From positions 23,312,001 to 23,376,000 of the forward strand of contig OZ024765.1 of the NCBI GenBank assembly GCA_964016885.1: DNA of 64,000 nt. Direction: 5' to 3'. Positions 26,600 through 39,365 of this stretch are shown here, piece after piece. The notes under the pieces are model-generated. The model saw nothing but the letters and a program-made list of their open reading frames with translations. It ran no database searches and had not been told where the DNA came from. The translations under genes and the position numbers were made by a program. Origin of the DNA: Eledone cirrhosa. Lineage: Eukaryota. Every line of letters starts with the position of its first letter. The first letter of the stretch is position 1.

Positions 26600-29500
26600 C
26601 TGTTTGATGGGTGGACTGCGGAATTTGGAAAGTCTAAGCACTCAATGACAATGTCACAGATAAAGATAAATTCTCCTCCCGCTGCAGGATGATCAACATA
26701 ATTCCGTCTCCCACACCCCTCCAACCCATCCATCCCAACTTCAGAGTTGGTACCATGAACGTAGGCACATTGAAAAGTCGCTCAAATGAGGTTGTAGAGA
26801 TGCTTGAACGTAAAGAAGTTGATGTTTGTTGTATTCAAGAGACTAGATTCATCGTGGGTAAAAAACGATGCTATAAACTTTTCTGGGTGGGAAATGACAA
26901 CGGACAGGGTGGAGTAGGAATTATGTTAGCAGAAAAATGGGTAGATAAGGTAATTGACGTAAATAGAGAAAATGACAGAATAATTAAAATGAGACTAGTC
27001 CTAAATAGAACTACTGTGACAATAATATCCGTTTATGCACCACAATCTGGTCTACCTGATGTTATAAAGGACAGGTTCTATGTGACGCTAATGCACACTA
27101 CCTCCCAAATAACCGACAGCGACTACTTAATTATTGCTGGCGATCTAAACGGTCACGCTGGACAACATAGTGATGGCTATGATGGAATCCATGGAGGCTG
27201 TGGGGTTGGAAATAGAAATGAGGAGGGCTTCAGAATCCTGGAATTCTGTGACACTAATAACCTAACTCTCTGTAATACAAACTTCAAAAAACAAGACAAT
27301 CACTTGATCACCTATAGATCAGGGGAACACGCCAGTCAGATAGATTATATCCTTACTAGAAGACGTGACAAAGTGTCTGTTGTAAACACTAAATCCCTCC
27401 CCCGTGAAGAATGCACCTCCCAACATAGCCTAGTAGTTAGTGACAAACAAGACAATCACTTGATCACCTATAGATCAGGGGAACACGCCAGTCAGATAGA
27501 TTATATCCTTACTAGAAGACGTGACAAAGTGTCTGTTGTAAACACTAAATCCCTCCCCCGTGAAGAATGCACCTCCCAACATAGCCTAGTAGTTAGTGAC
27601 CTCATAGTAAGGAATAGACGTACTCGACGTCAGAGGAGGCCTACCTTGAGGAGAAGAATATGGAAGTTAAAGGACCCCATAGACAGTGCCAAATTTAAAA
27701 GCTTATTACTTGATGCCTTTGACAATAAGGAAGAGCAATTAGAGACGTGCGATATAGAGGAACAGTAGCAATTCTTGAAAGTGAACCTGCTGAAAGCAAC
27801 GGATGAAATCTGTGGCTGGAGCAGACCTATTGGCAGGAGGAGAGTAACTTTGTGGTGGAACAGTAAGGTGGAGGAGACAATCAAGGCCAAAAAGCAGGCT
27901 TCAAAAGTATGGCAGGATGGGGGAAGTAGAGAGAACTATCAAGTGGCCAGGAGGGAAGCTAGGAGCCAAGTGTACCTTGCAAAAAGGGAAGCAGAGGATA
28001 GAAAGTTCAAGCATGTTCTACAGCAAGAGGACCAAAAACGTGAGGTGTTCAGGATTGCTAGACAATGTGTCAAGGAAAACCGTGATATTGTCGGGGAGAA
28101 GTGTGTCCATAATGAGTGTTACCCTCACTTTTACTGATAAGAAGGTAGCTTGGAAGTGTGACTACGAGAGACGATTAAATGATGAGAATAAATGGGAAAG
28201 AGATAGTCTGCCCCAAATCGATCCAATAGAAGGACCAGTGGTGCAGGTTAAAGATATGAAGACAGGCAAGGCAGCTGGGCCTTCAGAGATAGTTGCTGAG
28301 ATGTTGAAGGCATCTGCAATGGTGGGACATACTATGGTCACCCGTATAGTTAACCAAGTAATAATGAATGGGGTCATACCGAAAGACTGGCGTAGCAGCA
28401 TCATCATTAACTGCTACAAGGGTAAAGGGGATGCTCTAGATAGGGGAAACTATAGAGGCATTAAGTTAGTTGATCAGGTCCTGAAGGTCACAGAGAGCGA
28501 CTTGATCTAGATGAAATGCAGTTTGGGTTTGTGTCAGGTAAAAGTACCACAGACGCTCTTTTCCTTGTACGACAACTACAGAAGTACCTAGTTAAAAGTA
28601 AACCCCTCTACTTAGCTTTTGTAAACCTGGAGAAAGCCTTTGACAGAGTTCCCCCGCTCCATTATCTGATGGGTTCTTAGAAAACTAGGTGTAGATGAAT
28701 GGCTTGTGAGAGCTATACAAGCTATGTATAAAGAAACAGTCAGTAAGGTTAGAATTAACAATAATATTGTGAAGAATTTAGTGTAAAAGTTGGTGTTCAT
28801 CAAAGCTCTGTCCTTAGCCCCCTATTTATTATTGCCCTTCAGGCTATAACAGAGGAGTTCAAGACTGGCTGCCCATGGGAACTCCTATACGCAGACGATC
28901 TAACTCTCATAGCTGAATCTATGGCTGAACTAGAGAAGAAAAAACATGGCAGCATGGCCTAGAATCAAAAGGCCTTAAAGTTAACTTGTCTAAGACTAAA
29001 GTTCTAGTTTGTAGAAAGGAAAATAGGCCACAGGTGCCCTCAGGGAAATGGCCATGCTCAGTGTGTAGGAAAGGAGTAGGCAGAAATTCCATTTTATGTC
29101 CCAAATGCAAACTATGGGTACATAAAAGACATAGTGGGATCACAGGTAAACTATCTAAGAACATAGACTTTATATGTGGCCAATGCTCAGGTGCAATAAG
29201 TAGCAAATGTCCACAGGATACTAGCTCCTTCTATTGCCCAGATGGTTCTATAGAAATAGTAGACACTTTCCGTTACCTGGGTGACGAAATCAGCAGTGGT
29301 GGAGGGTGTTCTGAAAGTATAGTAGCCAGAGTCAGAACGGGATGAAAAAAGTTCAGAGAGCTTATACCGCTGTTGGCCACTAAAGGTTTCTCTCTAAAAA
29401 TGAAAGACAGATTGTATGATGCCTGTATACGAACAGCAATGTTACATGGCAGTGAGACATGGGCATTACGTGCAGAGGACCTGCGCAGACTGGAAAGGAA

Positions 29501-30245
29501 CGAAGCTTGCATGCTCCGTTGGATGTGTAATAGTAATATACGTGAACGGCAAAGCATAAATGAACTAAGTGAGAAATTAGGAATAAGAGGGATCAGATGC
29601 TGTTTACTTGAGAGAAGACTACATTGGTATGGTCACATGATGCCCATGAAAGACAATAGCTGCATAAAAAAGTGCAGGGCGATGAAAATTGATGGTAGTT
29701 ACGGAGTAGGTAAACCCAGAAAAACCTGGGACGACCTGATAAATTCCGACCTCACACACTTACACCTCTCTAAGACAATGTCACTTGACCGAGATCTTTG
29801 GCGCTACGCAGTAATACAGAAGACCCGCCTTGCCTATGTGCAAAGTGAAACCTACAGTCAGTAGCCACCTCTTAAGCAAATATACACCCCAATCCACTAC
29901 CCCTACCCTATCCTCCCACCAACACTACCCTCTCTCTGTAAAATTGGTACCACAACATCGAGTCCAAATAAATGAGATAATGAGATCGAGATTGTGTAGG
30001 TGTCACGACAAAAAAACACAGTCCACGCTGTAATGTGACCGTGTAGGTAACACGGTAAAAAGTTCCCAGTTCCAGACTGTACATGTGGTTGGTGTTAGGA
30101 AGGGCATCCAGCCGTAGAAAACCTGCCGGATAGTCCTATATGAGCAAGACACGGTCACCAACCAACCTTGCCTCAAGTAGGACAACTCCCGTTTAACCCA
30201 TGCTAGCATGGAAGATGGACTTTAAACGAAGATGATGATGATGAT
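26600..30245 (+). mobile_element. Near-full-length RTEX (APE endonuclease + RT), frameshifted
   Basis: VGTMNV, CIQETR, SVYAPQ, AGDLNGH and QIDYIL; RT fragments; Cys-rich insert; (GAT)n tail. Confidence 0.93.
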
Positions 30246-30446
30246 ATACATATTATAGATACAATATGTACAGTATATATTATACACGATATATGATGTC
30301 CAAGAGAAAGGCTATAGCTGATACAGCTTGGCACAAGTGACATCACAACATATATATATATACTGTGTATATACACTATATACATATTATATATATACTG
30401 TGTACAGTATATAATATACACTATATATATATGTCCAGAGAAAAAT

Positions 30447-30617
30447 TATGGTCGATACAGCTTGGCACTAGTGACATCACAGCTCATTTCTACAGCTGAG
30501 TAAACTGGAGCAATGTGAAATAAAGTGTTGTTCAAGGACACAACACAACACCCCGTCCGAGAATTGAACTCACCACCTTTTAATTGCAAGCCCAATGCTC
30601 TAACCACTGAGCCATGA
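30447..30617 (-). mobile_element. tRNA-derived SINE
   Basis: Box A tggctcagtgg, box B gagttcaattc, then tgtgtccttgaacaacactttatttcacattgctccagt. Partial copy at about 42500-42572 (+). Confidence 0.8.
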
Positions 30618-30619
30618 TA

Positions 30620-31181
30620 CACTCCAGAACCAACCGTTATATAGAAGAGACCATAAAGACAACCGCTGTTTCAATAGTTTCAGCCTTAAAATACCTCTCC
30701 TACATGCTTTAAGTACATATAAACTTATTAAAACACACTTTTGTATTTAAACACCAAAAATAGCCAGTAACGATCTTATAGAAACTACCACCAACCATCG
30801 TACCACTAGTTACCAATGAGGACCATTGCCAGCCACGGTAGCCACTTGGTAATACACTGCACATCTCCAGTCAATCTATGAAGGGTTTGTAGTAGATTAG
30901 AGCAAAACACAATCAGTAAAACAGTAATGGAATGAAAAATATAAACATTTGTTCATAACTTAAGATGTCCCTTCCTTACGATATACACTTTAATAACATT
31001 GAAACATATTTAATATGTTTAAATTTTAAACACTTTTTATTCAGACGTACCGTGAAAAGAAACTAGATATGTTTTAACGAATAATCCGCGATGTGGCGAG
31101 GATTACCGCGATAGGAAATTAGATACGTTCCAAAGGCATATCCGCGATGTAACGGGACCGCGATATAGCGGGGGATTACTG
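30620..31181. mobile_element. One end of a pogo/Tigger-like DNA transposon
   Basis: Ends ccgcgatatagcgggggattactg|TA (reverse complement CAGTAATCCCCCGCTATATCGCGG) with repeated ccgcgat motifs. The other TIR was not found and the left boundary is uncertain. Confidence 0.5.
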
Positions 31182-31471
31182 TATATATACACACACAACA
31201 TACATCTATCTATATACACTCATAACATTTATTTCGATGTTTGACATTAAAATGTTGACTGAGGGTGACAACTGTTTCTTGTTTGAGGTTGTTCCAGTGG
31301 TTGAAATATAGACGGAGGTAATTTAAATAATAAAGACAGTCATGATAACAATATATTTTATATCACATGTAACACTGGAAACTGGTTAATTACTGGATCG
31401 TTGTAGGGGTCACATAATTATATTATTTACACACATTAATATAGACATTAAATAAATCTTTGTCAACTTAC

Positions 31472-31670
31472 CTCCTTCACATATAATCAATGTGTTGTGT
31501 TGTTAGTTTTTACTAAACAACCAAAGAAATAATCTCTTTGTTATCAAATTAGAAGTTTCAATGTTATCAGCTTTATTTCACGACATTAACGTTGGTGTAT
31601 CTTCTTCATCTTTAGTCATAAATTGATATCTTGTCAGAATGAAGTAGTGAGGCTGACTTTATGTCTTTAG
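31472..31670 (-). other. Probable 5' non-coding exon of ZNF gene B
   Basis: Paralogue of 18096-18297 with the same splice sites, inside an about 840-bp duplicated block (17940-18780 vs 31306-32150). Confidence 0.6.
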
Positions 31671-32782
31671 CTACAGATTTGATAGGAAATATATATATAT
31701 TAGGTTGATATGTGGTCTAAAATATATATATTGTCTATAAATGATTGATAGCAGATGTCCTGGTGAAATAGTAGTTTTACTACTACAGATTGTATTGGAA
31801 CTCTTAGTAGACACAATTGTAAAGTAAGAATAGATATGACAGTGTAAGACTGATGTCGGGGAAATAAACTTGTGTGTATATATATAATTGTTACACAAGA
31901 TATAATTATATTAATTAAAGTTATAATGTAGACAGCAGGTACTCGGTGTCGTTGCGCATGTTTCAACTCTCTTACCGGTGTCATATGTTAAAAGTCCCTG
32001 ATATAATTTAATACCTTCAGACACGGTTCCAATCGTTTTTAATTTATTGTAAATCAGAAAGTATCACTCAATAAAATATCAATTATATATCAATAAGAAA
32101 ACCTCTAGGTAGTCTCACTGACTGCTAGAAATAGCAGCGATATTACCCATTACAACTGCTCTCTCTCTATATATATATATACATATACACACATATATGT
32201 ACGTATGTATGTATATGTGTATGAATGAGTGTGTATATGTGTGCATAGGGTTTTGGTATATGTACGTTTGGTGAACATATGTGTATTTACCTGTAGGTAT
32301 GTGTGACTGTGCGTTCTATACGCATTTATGCTTGTATATTTATATATGTATTTATAAGTGTATTTATATGTGTATTTGGTGCATACAATCGTATGTGTGC
32401 GGGTATATGTGTTGCGCCGGTTTACGTCCGTGTGTGCCTGTTTATGTGTACGTATATGTATATGCATGCATGCCGTGAGTTTTCGCATATGCTCGTGTAT
32501 AAATGTGTGTATGTATATATTTAATTATTATTACTTTTATCATTTTAATAACATCTGTCATTTTCGTTCAACTAATTTATTTACATTATTCTGGACTCCG
32601 AAGCCGAGCATCATTCAGTTTCCTTAATAGAATATTAGTCTACGACTCCATTTACACCATAAACGTGGTTTTGTCTTTACGTGTAATTGTTGTCACCGCT
32701 CCACATAACGACGTACTATCTTCGCTTTTTCCCGTTCATTGCCAGGGAACGTCTTCACGAATCAAAGCATAAATTATTTTCA

Positions 32783-33344
32783 CTAGTTGACGTACCCAGC
32801 TTCGCCCGGGTAAACAGATGATAAAAAAAAGGTCCCTATTTACTCCCTTCACAACTCTGAATGTTAGACTGACAGACAGGCACACAGACAAACTGCGTGG
32901 CGATTGTGGAACGCCGCACGTATACACACATAGACGCACACAAACTTACACACGCATCCGTGCACTTATACACACGCACACACTCACACATGTTGATAGT
33001 TTTTACTTTCTGTGGAACGCTGCACGCACGCACACATACATAAACATACGCGCACGTACATACACACGCACACATGTTAATAGTTATTGCTTTCCTCCCC
33101 CTCTTATTTCCACATACATCAGACACACACACACACACGTCTCTACACTGACACATATACATAGTGTATCCAACACAGCGTTCACTTTGCCTCTCTCTCG
33201 CCTCTCACTCTCTCATTGGCTTTATACATATTAATTTAAGTTTGGCGACGTTGAGGTGGGCGGAGTCGTTTGAAACCTATGAACCAATGATAATCGAGAA
33301 ATATGACACACGGAATATTGACATTGTTGAAATTAATATATAGA
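32783..33344 (-). mobile_element. Non-autonomous Helitron
   Basis: Minus strand begins TCtatatattaatt and ends with the hairpin tacccgggcgaagctgggta followed by CTAG|T. The body matches 38775-39188. Confidence 0.88.
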
Positions 33345-36300
33345 CTAGCTGACGTACCCAGCTTCGCCCGGGTAAACAGATGATAAGAGAAGACAGGTAA
33401 AAGAGAAAATGACTGTATTGGATGTTTGTCTGGTTACAGTGTGAGGCGAGTCCGTGTTGTCTGTGTGATACAAAAAAACAGTAAAAGAAATCTTCCAGAT
33501 ATATCAGATTCTTCGTTGTGCGGTTTGTGCATAGTATATGAACAATTCTAGGTGCTTCCACCTAGAATAGTGACCTATAGGAGATGGTTCCTCTTCTGCC
33601 TGACTGGAAAACGTGTATCATTGCATAGACGTGGTTGTTCCACGTTTCTCAAAAGGATGATGGAAGTTCCAATCTTTTATATTATATGTAGATATAGATA
33701 TAGATAATTAATAAAAAAGATGTCCGTCAATATAAAAAAGGTCCCTATTTACTTGAAATGGTTTATACAAATGCCAAATTAATATGGATATGGATAACAT
33801 GCTTATCTATAAGTGGTCAGCTATAATAATAAAACAACAAATTATATGACACAAAAATTTATTCAGTAATTTCCAGGCTCTTAGCCACTGAGTAATACAC
33901 AGTCAATATTGCCGAGAGTTCAACTCGGAGAGGTGTCCCCTGGTTGGAACTCAAAATGGCGGATCCTTCTACTTCGAAAATAGAATCGTTTTTCAATATT
34001 ACTCTAGCCCTGGCCGGCCATAGGCACCAAACTTTTTGCCAGACTCAGCATATGATGAGGTTTTATTACCACTGCAATCAGAAGCGATAAATTTGAAGGC
34101 AATTTCTACCAATACTTGTTGGTTTTTATTGCTCATTATCGACAATAAATGACATTGAACATAAATGATAACTCTGCCAAAGCTCACAATACAAATGAAA
34201 GGAAACCAATGTCCGAATCATATACGTCGCTTATTGATAGCATTAAAGATATGCATACATCAGCTCAAAGCTTCATTATAGACAATATTTAGGTTTGTTC
34301 CTCTGTTAGTGGTATCAATTGCAAATTTTATACCATCAGGATCGCACACTCGAGATGCAGCAACATACAGTTGCCCATGGCTGAATGCTGGATCATTCAA
34401 GTAGACATCGACTCGCTTGAAAGTCTGTCCCTGTGCCTTGTTGACAGTCATGGAGAAGGCCAAATTGACGGGAAACTGTCTCCTTTGCCAAATAAATGGC
34501 AGCAGATCTTCACTTGGTCTCAGCATGATCCTCGGAATGAGAACCGATTCCTCTCTGCCTGGGAGTTTAGCTTCTAAAACTCTTCCGTTAATCAATCTCT
34601 CAACAATCAATCTGGTACCATTGCAAAGACCCATTTTATGATTGATATTTCTAAGCAATATAATCGGCAAACCCTTTTTCAACCTCAAAATATGTGGGGG
34701 GAAATCCGGGTATTTGAAGTGAATTCAGATACTCAGTCGGAACATCCATACTGTTCTGCTGATTAGGCTCCATTGCATCCGCACTGACGGTCAACCATTC
34801 CTCTCCAGGAAACATTCCGGCTACTGGTGAATTTATTTCATCGACCGTTGCATTCGTATGAGTTAGAATAACACGTTCCGATATCCAGGAGATATTCTGC
34901 CAAAAAGCATTCAAATTAGGGAACACCCAGTCAATCAATGCTTGGCGGTCCAGTGGCATGACCAAATGGTCTGGGATTCATACAGTCTGATTATCACCAA
35001 CGTGTGGCAATTCATCGTTTCCCAACTGCATCAACCATCGGCCGTATGTCTCAGCCTCTTCGTTTTGCCCGAACATAGGAAGTCGCATATTATCGTGTAA
35101 TCGCAAAACTCTGAAATGGCGCCACAACGGGGACTTTTTCAGACATGCATTGACAATTTACGCTCTGTGAGCATTCCTAACAATTGGTAGCACCTGTCTG
35201 AAATCTCCACCAACAACGATAGTCTTACCACTGAATGGCAGGTCACTACCGCAGATATCTCTCAAAGTTCTGTCCAATGCCTCCAGCAAATATCTGTGTG
35301 CCATTGGAGCCTCGTCCCAAATAATCAGAGACGTATTGCGTATAAGGCCCACGAGTTCACTTTGTCCTGTAATATTACAGACACTCAACTCATCTGGAGC
35401 CAATGGAGCCTTGAAGCATGAGTGGAAGGTCCTTCCACCACTCAGCAAAGTGGCAGCGATGCCCTGGTGGGCACAGGGAGAACAATCTTCCTCTGAGCTC
35501 TGACTGCCGATAACATAGTGTTGAAACAGAATGTCTTTCCGGTGCCTCCTGGAACATCTATGAAAGCACAAAGTTGCTCATTAGTGAAAATCGAGTGGAG
35601 AACGCCATCGACCAATTCTCTCTGAGATTGGGTCAACATTGGCATACGTTCATCCACAATACGTTGCTGTTCCAGTGGATCAAACTGGAATAGTTCCCTC
35701 CGATCGAGTGGCAACCGTCTAAGCTGCAATCTCATGTTCAATGCTAAGACACGTTGCCGCATTTCTTCATCAGGAATTGGCAAATTGAAATCTGTTAAAC
35801 ATTTGAAATGAACTTCAAGCAGTTGCTCAATATTGAGCAAAACAATAGCCTTCAGCAAATTTTCATCATAGACCTGAAGATGATGCCTAAAATCATCAGC
35901 TATAATTCCCCAATGGCGTTCGAATAACTCTCTTGGATCGGCAGGATTGCAGAATCCTAGAATCGTGACAAATAACTGCCATATTCGAGCTGGCATCTGT
36001 GTTGTTCCTGCAGCTTCCATGGCGTTATTCCATTCAGCGTCATCCTGAAGGAGTCCCAGATGCTGACACACAGCCTGGTATCTTTTATATTCCACGCCAT
36101 TGATTGTTTTCAAATCAGCGAAGCTCTGTTTACCTCTCGAAAAATCACTATGCAACAGAATTCGGAGATAAAACAAATCACCAGATGCTGGATGGACATT
36201 ACAAACCCGTCCAATAGTCATGAATCTCAACTTTTGTTTTCTATCATTCCATTTCTTTCCCTTCTTATCCCACGTATAGTGCGAAGGGAAATCGCAGTAG

Positions 36301-39188
36301 AGTTGCTTTTGATCCGGGTTCAAAGCATGTTCCCTATTATGCTTGAACCACTCAGTCAATTCCGTCTTAGGAGGTGGTGCGTTAGCAATTCTTTCGATAC
36401 CTCTTCTAGTGTCCTTAAAACAGACCATTTGCCTATTCTCTAAGTGAACCGTCAGTTTCTGAACGCTGGGTTTGCGTTCATTGAGATCAAAATCGAACAA
36501 TCTCCAGCAAGCTTCGCTAGATCCAATCGAGCGAACATCCTGGAACCTGCCAACTTCATCTCCTTGGTTCGCTTCCTCATTCCTGACATTCATCATTGCC
36601 CCATCATGACCTTTGTAAACATACTTGAATAGATATTTGCAAGCTTTCACTGAGCTACAAATTTCCACATTAATATGACAACGATATTTCATAATCAAAT
36701 ATGGATTGTATGGCACAACCCATTGATTTGTAAGCTGTCGACCGTTTACATTTTCGACCAAACCGCCATCGGCAGGCGACCGTCTTCTGTATGAGGGATG
36801 AGCATCCCCATCATTCCAGGAAGTGTTCGTGACAAAAGATTTCGGAAAGTGCTTACTGCATTGGCCATTTTTTATGCAAGGCGCTTTCCGATTTGCCACT
36901 CCGCATTGGTTGTGCACCATTGACTTTGCCACCAAGTTGCATAGTGCCTCATTCTCCGGCAGTTCAGCACACACAATGCTGTCGACATCCTCAGCACATC
37001 ACAATTTGCAATGTCTATGTAAAATGATCAGCAAATGTGCATGTGGCAATCCTCTTTTTTGGAATTCAATTACGTATGTAAAAGCAACTATACCTCCAAA
37101 GATTCCCTCTTTTTCCACATCATCCATTATCTTTTTCAGATATCCTTTGAATACTCTTGCCACAATATCAGGACGGTCCTTTGGCTGTTGTCCTGGCAAA
37201 AGTGCATCCTTAATATCAGTCCATTCAGGATTGCATGTAACCGTTATAAACAAATCTGGCTTTCCAAACTTTCTGACAATAGCCATTGCATCCTGATAGC
37301 GAATGTTCATATATCTCGGGCCGCCGATGAACGACGATGGCAAAATGATGCGTCGACCAATTTGCTTGTAATTGGCATCATCGGCTGTTATCGCATCCTG
37401 TATATTATTATACAATTCAGCTCTATGTTGCTGATGTGTAGCTATATAATTTAGCCTTTGATTTTCGATCTTTGCGTATGCCATACAACAGTATTCCTGG
37501 AACAATCTGCTGGCTTGAAATAGCGCATTTCTCTATTGATTCCTCTCGTTCAAATGGAACGCGTAAAAGTCGCGAATCGAATTATTGTGTCTATTGCCAC
37601 CTCCCTGTTGATGCTGATTCTCATGATCATCTAAATGAACAGACATGTTCCATCCATTTTCACCTTTTGGGAATAAAAGAACATAATGCAATGGATGGTA
37701 TGTCCTATTTGACTCATTGATAGTTTTGAGACCACCATCTCTGCGATTGAGGGCGATATCTCTCGATCCAGGCTTATCGTCCATCAACACAGCAACTTCA
37801 CGAAATCCTTCAGGGGCATTATATCGCCGTTCGTGTTGATTCCTTGGCACTGCGTCAGCCTTAATCACCAATGTTTGTTGCTGAACATTTTGCAGTTCAG
37901 CCACCAACATGAAATCCATAACATAAGGATTACACTGTCTAAGCCATGAATGCAAATCACGGATCAAATCACTTAACCTTTGCCGTTCAAGTTCAGTTAT
38001 ATTTCCCGGCAACTTCATCCAACCGATCCTGATATCCTCCTCCGATTCACTATAATCTGGATCGTTAACGTAAATTTGAGCAAATCGATGTCTCTCTCCT
38101 GGGGTAACTTCTAAATTACCGATACAATGATACAAACGGCATTGAATGACTACATTCGGTTGCCATGCTCCACTCTCAAACATCTAACTCTCTGCGATGC
38201 TAAAGCTAATAAATTGTTAATTTGCCGCGAATATTTGCGCAGTAATCTACCTCGGTCTCATTGATCACCCCACATACTTAGTATTTTAAACTCCGGTGAC
38301 TCCCCATCATCCGGCATTCGCAAGGGTTCTAGTTGAACTGCTCCTTTGTGACACCACATTGTGTTCCACGTCTTTTCGTGCCATCAAAGCAATGCTCCAC
38401 AATATGGAGACTCTGCTCGTCCACCAATCTGACAATGACACGGTTGCCATGATCCATTTTTAATATCATTCGTTCGCCTTCTAGCCTCTTTACTGGAATG
38501 AGGAGCACTTTGCGACACATTCCCTGAACTTCTGTATTGCGCTGGCGCTGTTCAGCCAGCTCCTCTTCATCCATCGGAGCACGCCATTGCTGCTGAATTC
38601 TGGCCACCTGTTGATGATGCTCAGCCAGTTCGTTTTTCAACCATCGCAGCACTCCGTCGCCGCTGTAGTTCACTGTTTGATAAAGTCGAATTCCTTTTGT
38701 TATCAGTATTCATTTGGAGCAATTGTAAAAAAAATGACACAATAATAAATATAAAAGATGTCCGTCAATGTAAAGAAAGGTCCCTATTTACTCCCTTCAC
38801 AACTCTGTGTATGACAGACAGGCACACAGACAGATAAACTGCGCGGCGATTGTGGAACGTCACACACATATACGCATGGAAATGCGCACACGCACACAAA
38901 CTTACACACGCACACACTCACACATGTTGATAGTTTTTACTTTCTGTGGAACACTGCACACACGCACACAGACATAAACATACGCGCACATACATACACA
39001 CGCATACATGTTAATAGTTATTGAACACAGCGTTCACACTCTCCCCTCTCACTCTCTCATTGGCATTATGCATATTAATTTCAGTTTGGCGTCGTTGGGG
39101 TGGGCGGAGTCGTTTGAAACCTATGAACCAATGATAATCGAGAATTGTGACACACAGAATACTGACGTTCTTCAAATTAATATATAGA
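33345..39188 (-). mobile_element. Helitron with decayed Rep/Helicase
   Basis: 5' A|TC at 39188; 3' hairpin and CTAG at 33345; RepHel coding fragments inside. Confidence 0.9.
34260..38330 (-). pseudogene. Helitron RepHel (HUH Rep + PIF1-type helicase), frameshifted
   Basis: LPSSFIGGPRYM, GKPDLFITVTCNPEW, EFQKRGLPHAH, KYLFKYVYKG, GGTGKTF, IIWDEAPM, GDFRQVLP, TVNKAQGQT and HGQLYVAASRV, spread over six ORF pieces. Confidence 0.95.
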
Positions 39189-39365
39189 TATATATATATA
39201 TCATCATCATCATCATCATTTTACGTCCGCTTTTCTCTGCTTGCAAGCCATGTGCCTCTTCCTATATATACATATATACTATATACATATACATATATAT
39301 ATTTAATTATATATATATATGTATATATATATGTATATATATATATATGTATCTATATATATATA

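Noticed and set aside
30560-30617. tRNA gene
   Set aside because: Boxes A and B are present but the sequence continues into a SINE body and no full cloverleaf forms.
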